Positions 8,324 to 16,085 of a stretch of DNA of 32,377 bases are shown here, piece by piece. A program made the position numbers and the translations under genes. The stretch lies in contig CAZXOF010000002.1 in NCBI GenBank assembly GCA_964642255.1, positions 1-32,377 of the forward strand. Direction: 5' to 3'. Position 1 is the stretch's first letter; every line of letters begins with the position of its first letter. Origin of the DNA: an uncultured Eggerthellaceae bacterium. GTDB lineage: Bacteria; Actinomycetota; Coriobacteriia; Coriobacteriales; Eggerthellaceae. The notes under the pieces are model-generated. The model saw only the letters and a list, made by a program, of their open reading frames with translations. It was not told where the DNA came from and ran no database searches.

Positions 8324-8381
8324 ATAGTACAAAATGTCAGGAATGACGAGAGGAATCGCCCACAAGAGAAGGAGCTTACCC

Positions 8382-8807
8382 ATGGAGAGCAAGCTAAATT
8401 CATTTCTTTCTAATCTAGTTGTTGAGTACCATAAACTACAAAGTTTTCATTGGTACGTCAAAGGAAGTGATTTCTTCCAGGCACATGCTAAACTTGAAGA
8501 ATATTACGACGAAATTCGTGACATGATTGACGATGTAGCCGAACTCATGCTAATGGAAGGGCTACATCCTGTATCGAAACTGAGCGAGTTTTTAGCACTA
8601 ACCCAGATACAAGAGGCCTCCGGCACATTTGAGACCTCGCAAGCAGTGTTTGAAACAGTGCTGAGTGACTACCGCTCACTGCTGACCGAGTCCATCGAGA
8701 TCAAACGTGCGGCAGAAGAATCTGGTCGTGACTTGGTTGCTGCCAAAGCAGACGGCTATATCGAGGTATTCTCGAAAGCTCTTTGGATGATCGGACAGAG
8801 TCGTTAA
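8382..8807 (+). CDS. dps: Dps (DNA protection during starvation) ferritin-like protein
   Basis: MESKLNSFLSNLVVEYHKLQSFHWYVKGSDFFQAHAKLEEYYDEIRDMIDDVAELML is the classic Dps signature (HW.V.G..F...H..(F/L)EE.Y). The ATG at 8382 has agaaggag 7 nt upstream. The track start at 8334 has no SD. Confidence 0.9.
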   Translation: MESKLNSFLSNLVVEYHKLQSFHWYVKGSDFFQAHAKLEEYYDEIRDMIDDVAELMLMEGLHPVSKLSEFLALTQIQEASGTFETSQAVFETVLSDYRSLLTESIEIKRAAEESGRDLVAAKADGYIEVFSKALWMIGQSR

Positions 8808-8912
8808 TCACAAGTAATCTTTACTCTGTTATAGAAACATGCGTTGTTCACGTTACGAGTGTCGTAATAGATTAACCGTCTTTGTACCATATGCTCATCT
8901 ACTCTGATGGCA

Positions 8913-8949
8913 AAGCCCTCCGTTCCGGATCATCGAGAACAGAGGGCTT
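8913..8949. terminator. Hairpin between convergent dps and glnN (possible bidirectional terminator)
   Basis: aagccctc (8913-8920) pairs with gagggctt (8942-8949). The stem extends inward by 4 more bp (gttc/gaac) after one mismatch. No clear U-tract is present on either strand. Confidence 0.4.
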
Positions 8950-9043
8950 ACATTTAACTTACAATCAAGGGATACGTTCTGATCTGTTTTACGTTTCGCT
9001 CAAAAATACACGCGGAACTAAACAATTGCTTCCACTAAAAACA

Positions 9044-11134
9044 TTACACGTAAAAGAGCAGGTTATTATAACTTGGTACCGGCCAATAATCGCGACTAGT
9101 AATAACCTCCATTGCATCAACCGCAGCACGAAGAGCATCCATGACCGGAATTATGGTATGTGCGTTATAACTTGCACGTTGCTGTTCATCGTTCATGGCC
9201 TCGGCTTCATGACTAAGCTTCTCAAGTTTATCAAGTTGTTGTTTAATCTCGGTCATACCATCAAGCAATTTTGCAAGCAGCTCTTCTTGTACAGAAGTAT
9301 TAGCATCGGAAAGAGCACTCTTACAGGACACAACCCCTTCAGCAATTGCAGACGCATACGCATTAATAGCCGGCAAATATGTGCGACGTACCATACGACG
9401 CATAACACGACCCTCAATATTGATGAGCTTGTTATATTTTTCAACCTCAACTTCGTAGCGGCTGTGCACCTCGGTTTCTGACAGCACGCCCATTTCCTCA
9501 AACAAATCAATGCTTTTTTGCTCAATGAAGCTTGGCAGTGCGTCAGCAGTAGTACGATGGTTTTCAAGCCCCCGCCTTTGTGCTTCTACGGTCCACTCTT
9601 CGGCATAGCCGTTACCGTTAAAGATAATACGCCGATGATCATGTAAGGTTTGCTTGATGTAGGTAATAGTAGCCGATTCAAATTCGGAACCTGTTTTACC
9701 TTCCATAGCATCAGCAAAGCTTTTGAGACTCTTGGCAACAGCGGTGTTCAAAATCATATTGGCATCTGAAAGGTTCACGTTAGAACCCGGCATACGGAAC
9801 TCAAATTTATTGCCTGTAAAAGCAAAGGGACTTGTACGATTGCGGTCGGTGTTGTCCTTTAAGAAGTTCGGCAGCACATCAACACCTAAATCCATAGACA
9901 CACGCGCAGCACTGTGATAGTCGCTATCTCCTACAAGTGCATCCACAATGGCGCCCAGTTCATCGCCCAAAAAGATAGAGATAATAGCTGGTGGTGCCTC
10001 GTTTGCGCCAAGGCGATGATCATTGCCTGCAGAAGCAACCGATGCGCGTAGTAGTCCTTGGTAGTTGTCAACCGCTTCAATAACCGCAGTCAAAAACACT
10101 AAAAAGCGCAGATTATCGACCGGATCATCACCGGGATCAAGTAGATTCTTTTTACCCGCTGAAATAGACCAATTATTATGCTTGCCCGAACCGTTAATTC
10201 CTTCAAAAGGCTTTTCATGCAGCAGACACACCAGTTTATAGTGTGAAGCAAGCAGACGCATCGCTTCCATGGTCAGCAGATTTTCATCAACAGCTCGATT
10301 AGCCGTTTCAAAAATAGGCGCTAGCTCATGCTGAGCAGGCGCAACTTCGTTGTGCTTCGTTTTGGCCGGCACACCAAGCTTCCACAGCTCGCTATCAAGC
10401 TCTTTCATAAACTCGTTAACTGTTGGACGAATCGCACCGAAATAATGCTCTTCAAGCTCTTGACCCTTGCATGGTGCATACCCAAACAAGGTGCGCCCCG
10501 TTAGTACTAGGTCTTCGCGACGTTCATACTCTTTTTCAGGAATAAGAAAAAACTCCTGTTCGGCACCAACTGTCGTCATTATATGCTGACGTTCCTCACC
10601 AAACAGCGCAAGTACGCGATTCGTCTGCTCTCCAATAGCATTCATCGAACGCAAAAGCGGTGTTTTCTTGTCAAGCGCCTCACCAGTATAGCTACAAAAC
10701 GCCGTGGGAATACACAGTACTTCATCTTTAATGAAGGCAAAACTCGTTGGATCCCATGCGGTGTAGCCACGCGCCTCAAAGGTTGCACGCAAACCGCCCG
10801 AAGGGAAACTTGATGCATCTGGCTCACCTTGAATGAGCTCCTTGCCCGAAAAGCTCATAATTGCGCGACCATCGGATGTAGGATCAATAAAGCCGTCATG
10901 CTTCTCTGAGGTTACGCTTGAAAGTGGTTGAAACCAGTGAGCATAATGCGTGGCACCCTTTTCGATGGCCCACTCCTTCATGGCATGAGCAACAATGTTT
11001 GCAACCTCTGGATCCAGCGGCTCGCCATCGTGAATCGTTTTGAGTAGCTTCTTATAGGTTGCAGAGGGAAGTCGCTCCTGCATTGTATGTTCATTAAATA
11101 CCATCGAACCATAAATTTCAGACACCTGCGCCAT
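9044..11134 (-). CDS. glnN: Glutamine synthetase type III (GSIII, ~696 aa)
   Basis: The N-terminus MAQVSEIYGSMVFNEHTMQERLPSATYKKLLKTI...THYAHWFQPLSSVTSEKHDGFIDP and the ~700 aa length are typical of GSIII (Bacteroides/cyanobacterial GlnN type). The ATG at 11134 has gaaggag ~8 nt upstream. The track start at 11158 is a GTG without an SD. Confidence 0.9.
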   Translation of the reverse strand: MAQVSEIYGSMVFNEHTMQERLPSATYKKLLKTIHDGEPLDPEVANIVAHAMKEWAIEKGATHYAHWFQPLSSVTSEKHDGFIDPTSDGRAIMSFSGKELIQGEPDASSFPSGGLRATFEARGYTAWDPTSFAFIKDEVLCIPTAFCSYTGEALDKKTPLLRSMNAIGEQTNRVLALFGEERQHIMTTVGAEQEFFLIPEKEYERREDLVLTGRTLFGYAPCKGQELEEHYFGAIRPTVNEFMKELDSELWKLGVPAKTKHNEVAPAQHELAPIFETANRAVDENLLTMEAMRLLASHYKLVCLLHEKPFEGINGSGKHNNWSISAGKKNLLDPGDDPVDNLRFLVFLTAVIEAVDNYQGLLRASVASAGNDHRLGANEAPPAIISIFLGDELGAIVDALVGDSDYHSAARVSMDLGVDVLPNFLKDNTDRNRTSPFAFTGNKFEFRMPGSNVNLSDANMILNTAVAKSLKSFADAMEGKTGSEFESATITYIKQTLHDHRRIIFNGNGYAEEWTVEAQRRGLENHRTTADALPSFIEQKSIDLFEEMGVLSETEVHSRYEVEVEKYNKLINIEGRVMRRMVRRTYLPAINAYASAIAEGVVSCKSALSDANTSVQEELLAKLLDGMTEIKQQLDKLEKLSHEAEAMNDEQQRASYNAHTIIPVMDALRAAVDAMEVITSRDYWPVPSYNNLLFYV

Positions 11135-11200
11135 TGTTTGAATCTCCTTCTCCCTCACATGCCGCCTGCAGTAGCTACTACCTTGTCACCCTGCATTTGT

Positions 11201-11222
11201 TAACAGATATACAAATCTGTTA
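11201..11222. promoter_or_regulatory. Perfect 8-6-8 inverted repeat TAACAGAT-N6-ATCTGTTA upstream of glnN (candidate operator or leader hairpin)
   Basis: taacagat (11201-11208) and atctgtta (11215-11222) are exact reverse complements. The repeat sits 67-88 nt upstream of the glnN ATG. Confidence 0.35.
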
Positions 11223-11320
11223 TTAAAATAAGCCTTTTACTAACACCATGCTATTGCAGCATAACGTTATCAATCTATTTCGTAACACTATTACACGTAT
11301 GATGCCCTTATAAACACACA

Positions 11321-11347
11321 AGACCCGCCGAGCTTATCGACGGGTCT
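11321..11347 (-). terminator. Rho-independent-like terminator after rpsI
   Basis: On the minus strand, the stem AGACCCG...CGGGTCT (11347-11321) is followed by TGTGTGTTTAT. It lies 84 nt downstream of the rpsI stop. Confidence 0.5.
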
Positions 11348-11430
11348 CGCTGATATGGTGCACACTATAGCGCAATCCACATAAATACCCTGCCGCCATG
11401 TCGTATTCCATCAGCAGCAGTATGCCTCTT

Positions 11431-11823
11431 TTAGCGCTTCGAGAATTGCGGACGCTTGCGAGCCTTTTTCAGACCGTACTTCTTACGCTCGACCACACGA
11501 GCATCTCGCGTCAGATAGCCTGCTTTCTTGAGCTCAGGACGATACTCACCCGCCTCAAGCAACGCACGAGCAATACCGTGACGCAACGCGCCTGCCTGCC
11601 CTGCAATACCACCGCCATTCAAGCGAGCGATCACATCAAAATGCCCTACGGTATCGGTCACTTTAAACGGAGCTTTCGCGTAATCAACAAGAGCCTCGCG
11701 ACCGAAATATTCAGCAGCCTCACGACCATTAACCGTTACTTTACCGGTACCAGGCACAAGGCGAACCCGTGCTACAGCATTTTTGCGCCGACCAGTACCG
11801 TAATATAGAGCCTTATCTGCCAT
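11431..11823 (-). CDS. rpsI: 30S ribosomal protein S9
   Basis: [34 protein letters not shown]...[12 protein letters not shown] is the canonical S9 sequence. It lies 3 nt downstream of rplM. Confidence 0.97.
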   Translation of the reverse strand: MADKALYYGTGRRKNAVARVRLVPGTGKVTVNGREAAEYFGREALVDYAKAPFKVTDTVGHFDVIARLNGGGIAGQAGALRHGIARALLEAGEYRPELKKAGYLTRDARVVERKKYGLKKARKRPQFSKR

Positions 11824-11826
11824 CTA

Positions 11827-12261
11827 CTATCCCTCCAGCTTGATCTCGCGGGGCTTCTGAGCCGCATGCGGATGGTCGGAACCGGCGTACACCTTGAGCT
11901 TCATACCCATTTTGCGGCCAAGTGTCCCTTTCGGTAACATGCCCTTAACAGCATACTCAATAACACGTTCAGGATGCTTTTTAATGGCCTCTTCGAAGGT
12001 TTCTGATTTCAAGCCACCCGGATATCCACTGTGGTGGTAGTAGATTTTCTGAGAAGCCTTTGCACCTGAAAGCTGCACCTTTTCAGCATTGATAACAATA
12101 ATGTAGTCGCCAGTATCAACATGAGGGGTGTAGTGTGGTTTGTGCTTACCCCGCAGCATATGGGCAGCTTTGCTCGCTAAACGCCCAAGCACTTGATCGG
12201 TAGCATCAATGACAAACCACTCGCGCTCAACCTCATTGGGCTTTGCGTGATATGTTTTCAC
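11827..12261 (-). CDS. rplM: 50S ribosomal protein L13
   Basis: (V/M)[29 protein letters not shown] is the canonical L13 sequence. The GTG at 12261 is preceded by GGAGG with a 7-nt spacer, giving 144 aa. The track ATG at 12291 adds 10 non-conserved residues and lies upstream of that SD. Confidence 0.93.
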   Translation of the reverse strand: MKTYHAKPNEVEREWFVIDATDQVLGRLASKAAHMLRGKHKPHYTPHVDTGDYIIVINAEKVQLSGAKASQKIYYHHSGYPGGLKSETFEEAIKKHPERVIEYAVKGMLPKGTLGRKMGMKLKVYAGSDHPHAAQKPREIKLEG

Positions 12262-12715
12262 TCTTTGTCCTCCATTAAGTTGTTCCTGCATTTCCGCTGA
12301 AGCAGGCGGATACAGGGCTGTCGTTTTTCAAAAGTGCAGTTCACCCGGACGTTGACTTCCCACGCCAACACGCCTCTGCGATCCTGGACTCTCGCTTGTG
12401 CGTTTCCGACCTTCTGCGTTCACGGGGCTTTTGAAAGCGAACTTCTGCATTTTCGCGCGCATAAAAAAGAAAGTCAACGAGCAATTTGAAGAGTGCAGAC
12501 TATATGGATACTCGATTGATCGCATTTGCAACCAATCGATATCGCCTCGCTCATACCATAACATGCCGTTTCTATCTTTAGGTTTCAGCTTCGATTTAGA
12601 ATGAACAGTGCTTATTGGCGCCCCATTAAGGTCAAAAGCATTCTTACCCGAGCTTGTGCGCTGCCGGTCGCTTATTCAGCAGTGGGGTCGCACCATCGTG
12701 CCAAGAATACCCGTG

Positions 12716-13036
12716 CTAGCACTGTGCAAGCAGTGCCTCTTGTTCGCTTTCATCTTCTTCAATGAATGGCTCTGTAAAGAGTGGCTCACCATTTTGAGAT
12801 AGTTCAACCATGCCAGTAAGAACATCGACATATTGATAAGATTGACGTGCCGTGCGACCGCGTTTTCTTTCCACTTCCATGATAAACAACTGGGGGTGCA
12901 CTTGCGTAAGCACGCCTTCGCTCTCAACAATTTTTGAACGTCCCATATTTGCGCGCACCTTAACACGCTGACCAACGAAATCGTGTAATGTATCGTGAAT
13001 GGAATTGATGATTCCAGCTTGCTTTACCAAATCCAT
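12716..13036 (-). CDS. veg: Veg-family small DNA-binding/biofilm-associated protein (DUF1021) with an acidic C-terminal tail
   Basis: IHDTLHDFVGQRVKVRANMGRSKIVESEGVLTQVHPQLFIMEVERKRGRTARQSYQYVDVLTGMVEL aligns with the B. subtilis Veg pattern (L.G.LG.R..LKANGGR.K..E..G.L...YPS.F......SY.Y.D.LT..VEL). The position after rsmA matches Firmicutes synteny. I chose the ATG at 13036; the upstream 23 codons of the track ORF are non-conserved. Confidence 0.85.
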   Translation of the reverse strand: MDLVKQAGIINSIHDTLHDFVGQRVKVRANMGRSKIVESEGVLTQVHPQLFIMEVERKRGRTARQSYQYVDVLTGMVELSQNGEPLFTEPFIEEDESEQEALLAQC

Positions 13037-13231
13037 AATGTTGTATACCCTACTCTCGTAAAATAAAAAACTATGCCTAACTAAGTATTTTACCACCGCC
13101 GTCAAGCTTATCCTTATAAGCAGTTATGCAGGATATTACTAAGATAACTATTTGAGGAGATGACGCACCCACGCAACAGAACAGACACGACTTACCACTC
13201 TTCTATAACGACATCGCCCTATTGCACCACT

Positions 13232-14188
13232 CTACTGTGCCACGAATTTTAATTCTGATACTACAACGTGTCCGAGCGCAATAAATTCCTCAAGAGATAA
13301 ACTTTCGCCTCGCCGACGTGTATCAATACCCGCAGCAGCACATATATCAGGCAAAGCTGCTGCAATGCGAGCACCTTCATCCCCTCGACCAGCAAAAAAA
13401 GTACGGCATGAATTCGCAAGTGTTTTACGACGGTGTGCGAAAGCAGCATCCGCCATGAGGGCAGCAGCACGCACAGTTTGTTTGTCTAGTGGACAGTTAT
13501 CGGCATCGATAGGCGCCCATCGATCAAGACGAATGACAACAGATTCAACGTGTGGCGGTGGAAAAAAATTGTTTGGCCCCACAAGAAAGCGCCCAGCAAC
13601 ACGCGCGTGCAACGCAAGCTTTACAGTATAGGCACCGTAGTCTTTGGTTCCTGGACGAGCTGCCATGCGGTCAGCCACTTCTTTTTGCACCATGACTGTC
13701 GCACGATCTAGCTGTGGAAAATGCTCGAAATAATCCAGTACAACAGTCGCTGCAACAGCATAGGGCAGGTTTGCAATAAAAGCATTTGGTAGCGAGCAAT
13801 CAAGCTGTTGACATACCCCAACAAGGTCATCGAGTGATAGATCAAGTGCATCTTTTTCTATCAAAGCAAAGTGTGATACCCACGGTGCACAGGTCTGTGC
13901 AAGTACAACAGACAAATTTTTATCACGCTCAATCGAAATAACCGCACGTGCTGTTTTAAGCAAAGCGATGGTAAGCGTACCAATACCTGGACCCACTTCA
14001 AGCACAACATCCTTTATATCAAGCTCAGACAGGGCAAGTGTTTTGCGAATCACCCCATCATTCACAAGAAAGTTTTGCCCTAGTGCACGCTTTGTCACAA
14101 GACCATGTGAAGTCAGAACCGCAGCTGTAGCAGATGGCGTTGCAAGCGGTGAGAAAGAACTGCACTCAACCATGTGTGTGCTTTTCAT
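13232..14188 (-). CDS. rsmA: 16S rRNA (adenine1518/1519-N6)-dimethyltransferase RsmA/KsgA
   Basis: ALGQNFLVNDGVIRKTL...VLEVGPGIGTLTIALL...NLPY is the KsgA signature. The start is uncertain: ATG at 14188 or 14173. Either one overlaps the end of the upstream flavoprotein gene. Confidence 0.92.
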   Translation of the reverse strand: MKSTHMVECSSFSPLATPSATAAVLTSHGLVTKRALGQNFLVNDGVIRKTLALSELDIKDVVLEVGPGIGTLTIALLKTARAVISIERDKNLSVVLAQTCAPWVSHFALIEKDALDLSLDDLVGVCQQLDCSLPNAFIANLPYAVAATVVLDYFEHFPQLDRATVMVQKEVADRMAARPGTKDYGAYTVKLALHARVAGRFLVGPNNFFPPPHVESVVIRLDRWAPIDADNCPLDKQTVRAAALMADAAFAHRRKTLANSCRTFFAGRGDEGARIAAALPDICAAAGIDTRRRGESLSLEEFIALGHVVVSELKFVAQ

Positions 14189-14921
14189 TCGTACTGCGAG
14201 AACTGGTACAACTATCGATAGTATCTATAAAACGCATTGTTACATCCCGTGCATCATCAGTAATGATACCTGATGTATCGATGCTACCCACCCAGTCATA
14301 CACCGCCGCAAGCCGAAAACCAACGCAGGCAAAAGCAGAACGAACGATCCCAACTAACGGATCAAATCCATGCGGATCGCCTCCTTCTCCTACCACATGA
14401 AGCGTTAAAGGGCGCTTTTTCGGAAAACGCATACCATGCTCACGCATACTCCGTCGCGCCCAAAAATAGGGCTGCAAACGATCTAACAACGCCTTAAATT
14501 GCGCTGGTGGCCCGGAAAAATACACCGGTGATACGACAATCAACTCATCAGCCGCATCAAGGAGCTCAAACAGATCAGACATGTCATCATGAATGGAACA
14601 AGGGGCTGTTTTTACTACCGTATTTTGTGTTCGCGACATGCTTTTTTGTTTTGATGACGCAACCTTATCTCCTAGGGTCTCAGCGTGTATGGCATCAGGT
14701 TCCTTTTTCGATTTACTCTGCGGTTGCACACCATGCGTTGCATCGGGAATATATGCACACATGTCACATCCTGTGCAGGGCGCTATCGACAGCATTGCAA
14801 GCGGCACAATGGTCGCTCCATCATCAGGGCAGTCCTCCACACAAGCATCAAAGATCTCCGCTGCAAGTGCCACACTGCGCCCTTTTGCCCGTGACGAACC
14901 GGCAATAATCAGGCGCTCCAC
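14166..14921 (-). CDS. Iron-sulfur flavoprotein (Isf)-like NADPH-dependent FMN reductase family protein with a 52-aa insertion in the Cys motif
   Basis: From the GTG at 14921 (preceded by aaaggggggagagg) the sequence is VERLIIAGSSRAKGRS...APCTGCDMC...[52 aa]...CSIHDDMSDLFELLDAADELIVVSPVYFSGPPAQFKALLDRL. This matches the Isf pattern APCxxCxxC....C.IDDDM......AD.II...PVY.G..PAQLKAL.DR. The upstream 154 codons of the 405-aa track ORF overlap tatD and are a frame artefact. The start codon choice is uncertain (the GTG at 14960 is also possible). Confidence 0.7.
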   Translation of the reverse strand: MERLIIAGSSRAKGRSVALAAEIFDACVEDCPDDGATIVPLAMLSIAPCTGCDMCAYIPDATHGVQPQSKSKKEPDAIHAETLGDKVASSKQKSMSRTQNTVVKTAPCSIHDDMSDLFELLDAADELIVVSPVYFSGPPAQFKALLDRLQPYFWARRSMREHGMRFPKKRPLTLHVVGEGGDPHGFDPLVGIVRSAFACVGFRLAAVYDWVGSIDTSGIITDDARDVTMRFIDTIDSCTSSRSTNEKHTHG

Positions 14922-14997
14922 CCTCTCCCCCCTTTCTTTTAGCTTATACGATGTACCCACACGCTCACCTTTAATACAAGTGCTACGATCGCGTCTT

Positions 14998-16032
14998 TCA
15001 TCGAGACTGTTGCCATGGTAGCGAATCGCGATCAAGTAAATTACAGGTGGTAGTGAAAACCCTTTGCATAAGCGCTTCTTGAGTACCTGCAGTATTACAC
15101 CCTCGCACTTCGAACAGCTTCTCAAGCGTAAAGAGCATCTGCGCCGGCTCGCACGGCAAACCTCGCAAGGGTACAGGTGCCATATAAGGCGTATCTGTCT
15201 CAATAAGCAGGCGATCATCAGGTGTACATGCCGCAGCTTCCCGTACAGCATCGGCATTCGCAAAGGTAAGTGCTCCACCAAACGATACCGCACAGCCACG
15301 TTCCAACCATGGACGCAAGTCTTGTGAACCAATGGTGCAACAATGCAGCAACACACCTGCTTGCGGAACACCTTCGGCATCAAGAATAGTCAGTGCATCA
15401 TCATGCGCCTCACGTATATGAAGCACAACCGGCAGCCCTAACTCATGTGCCAGTGTAAGCTGACGCCGAAAGCTTTCAACTTGAAGCGGGCGAGGTGACA
15501 AATCATAGTGATAATCAAGACCGATTTCCCCAATAGCACATACCCGTCTATCGTGCACCCACATACGCATGGTCTGTTCAAGTTCTCCATCATAGAGGCG
15601 AGCGTTATGCGGATGACAGCCAACAGCAATACGCACGCGTGGAACACGCGGATTGCGCACAGATACCGTCTTTTCACTGTCTATTTCTTGAGCACGCAGT
15701 TCATTTACTTCATTGGTAAGCAAGGCATATGCTTTTTGCTGCCACTCACTTAACTTGCGAAAGGTCACATCACCATCTACCGTAGGGTCAACAATGGTAC
15801 AGATGAAGTGCACAAGATGCCGACCTGCACGCACAAGCGCTAAGGGGGGATCGGCTAGGCTATGGAGATGAGCATGAGCATCTGCCCGTGGCACTTTCGG
15901 CAGCGATGGAGTCTCTATGAGTCGAAACCGCCCTTTTTTTGCCTTGCGATAAAACAGCGCCTCATCTGTTATTCCGGGTAGCAAAGCCCACTCAAGGGTG
16001 CTATAGTGCTCCTGCTTTTGGAAAGACTCCAT
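14998..16032 (-). CDS. tatD: TatD-family metal-dependent hydrolase/DNase with an N-terminal extension
   Basis: ADAHAHLH...CAIGEIGLDYHY...VVLHIREA...LLHCC...ETDTPYMAP are the TatD motifs. GAGGG lies 6 nt before the ATG at 16032. It follows metG as in Firmicutes (metS-yabD). Confidence 0.9.
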   Translation of the reverse strand: MESFQKQEHYSTLEWALLPGITDEALFYRKAKKGRFRLIETPSLPKVPRADAHAHLHSLADPPLALVRAGRHLVHFICTIVDPTVDGDVTFRKLSEWQQKAYALLTNEVNELRAQEIDSEKTVSVRNPRVPRVRIAVGCHPHNARLYDGELEQTMRMWVHDRRVCAIGEIGLDYHYDLSPRPLQVESFRRQLTLAHELGLPVVLHIREAHDDALTILDAEGVPQAGVLLHCCTIGSQDLRPWLERGCAVSFGGALTFANADAVREAAACTPDDRLLIETDTPYMAPVPLRGLPCEPAQMLFTLEKLFEVRGCNTAGTQEALMQRVFTTTCNLLDRDSLPWQQSR

Positions 16033-16085
16033 GTCATACCCTCAAAAAACTCTACGCACTATCTTAACCTGCGTTTTTACTCCTG

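Noticed and set aside
8882-9481. 199-aa plus-strand ORF
   Set aside because: It lies mostly antisense to the well-supported glnN (GSIII) gene. It starts with TTG, has no SD, and its composition is low-complexity and hydrophobic or odd. It is an antisense-frame artefact.
12328-12564. 78-aa minus-strand ORF (and the 68-aa plus-strand ORF at 12398..12604) in the veg-rplM spacer
   Set aside because: It has no SD and no recognisable motif, its composition is atypical, and the two ORFs overlap each other on opposite strands. The region is treated as non-coding; see the finding on the rplM leader.
12292-12715. Known housekeeping ncRNA (RNase P RNA, SRP/4.5S RNA, 6S RNA, tmRNA) in the long spacer
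   Set aside because: I looked for GAGGAAAGUCCGG (RNase P P4), GGUCCGGAAGGAAGCAGC (SRP domain IV) and a tmRNA 5' end. Only weak partial similarities were present (GGGAAGUCAACGUCCGGG), and the size and GC content do not fit RNase P.
13083-13105. TTGACG as the -35 of the veg promoter
   Set aside because: The only good -10-like element (TGGTAAAAT, 13095-13087 on the minus strand) is just 7 nt from TTGACG, and hexamers 17-18 nt downstream of TTGACG are poor (AGTTAG). The promoter architecture is unresolved, so no feature was called.
14922-15383. N-terminal 154 codons of the 405-aa minus-strand track ORF (14166..15383)
   Set aside because: This part overlaps the 3' end of tatD in another frame and has a Cys/Arg/Leu-rich nonsense composition. 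The recognisable flavoprotein begins at VERLIIAGSS, right after a G-rich SD, so the gene was trimmed to 14166..14921.
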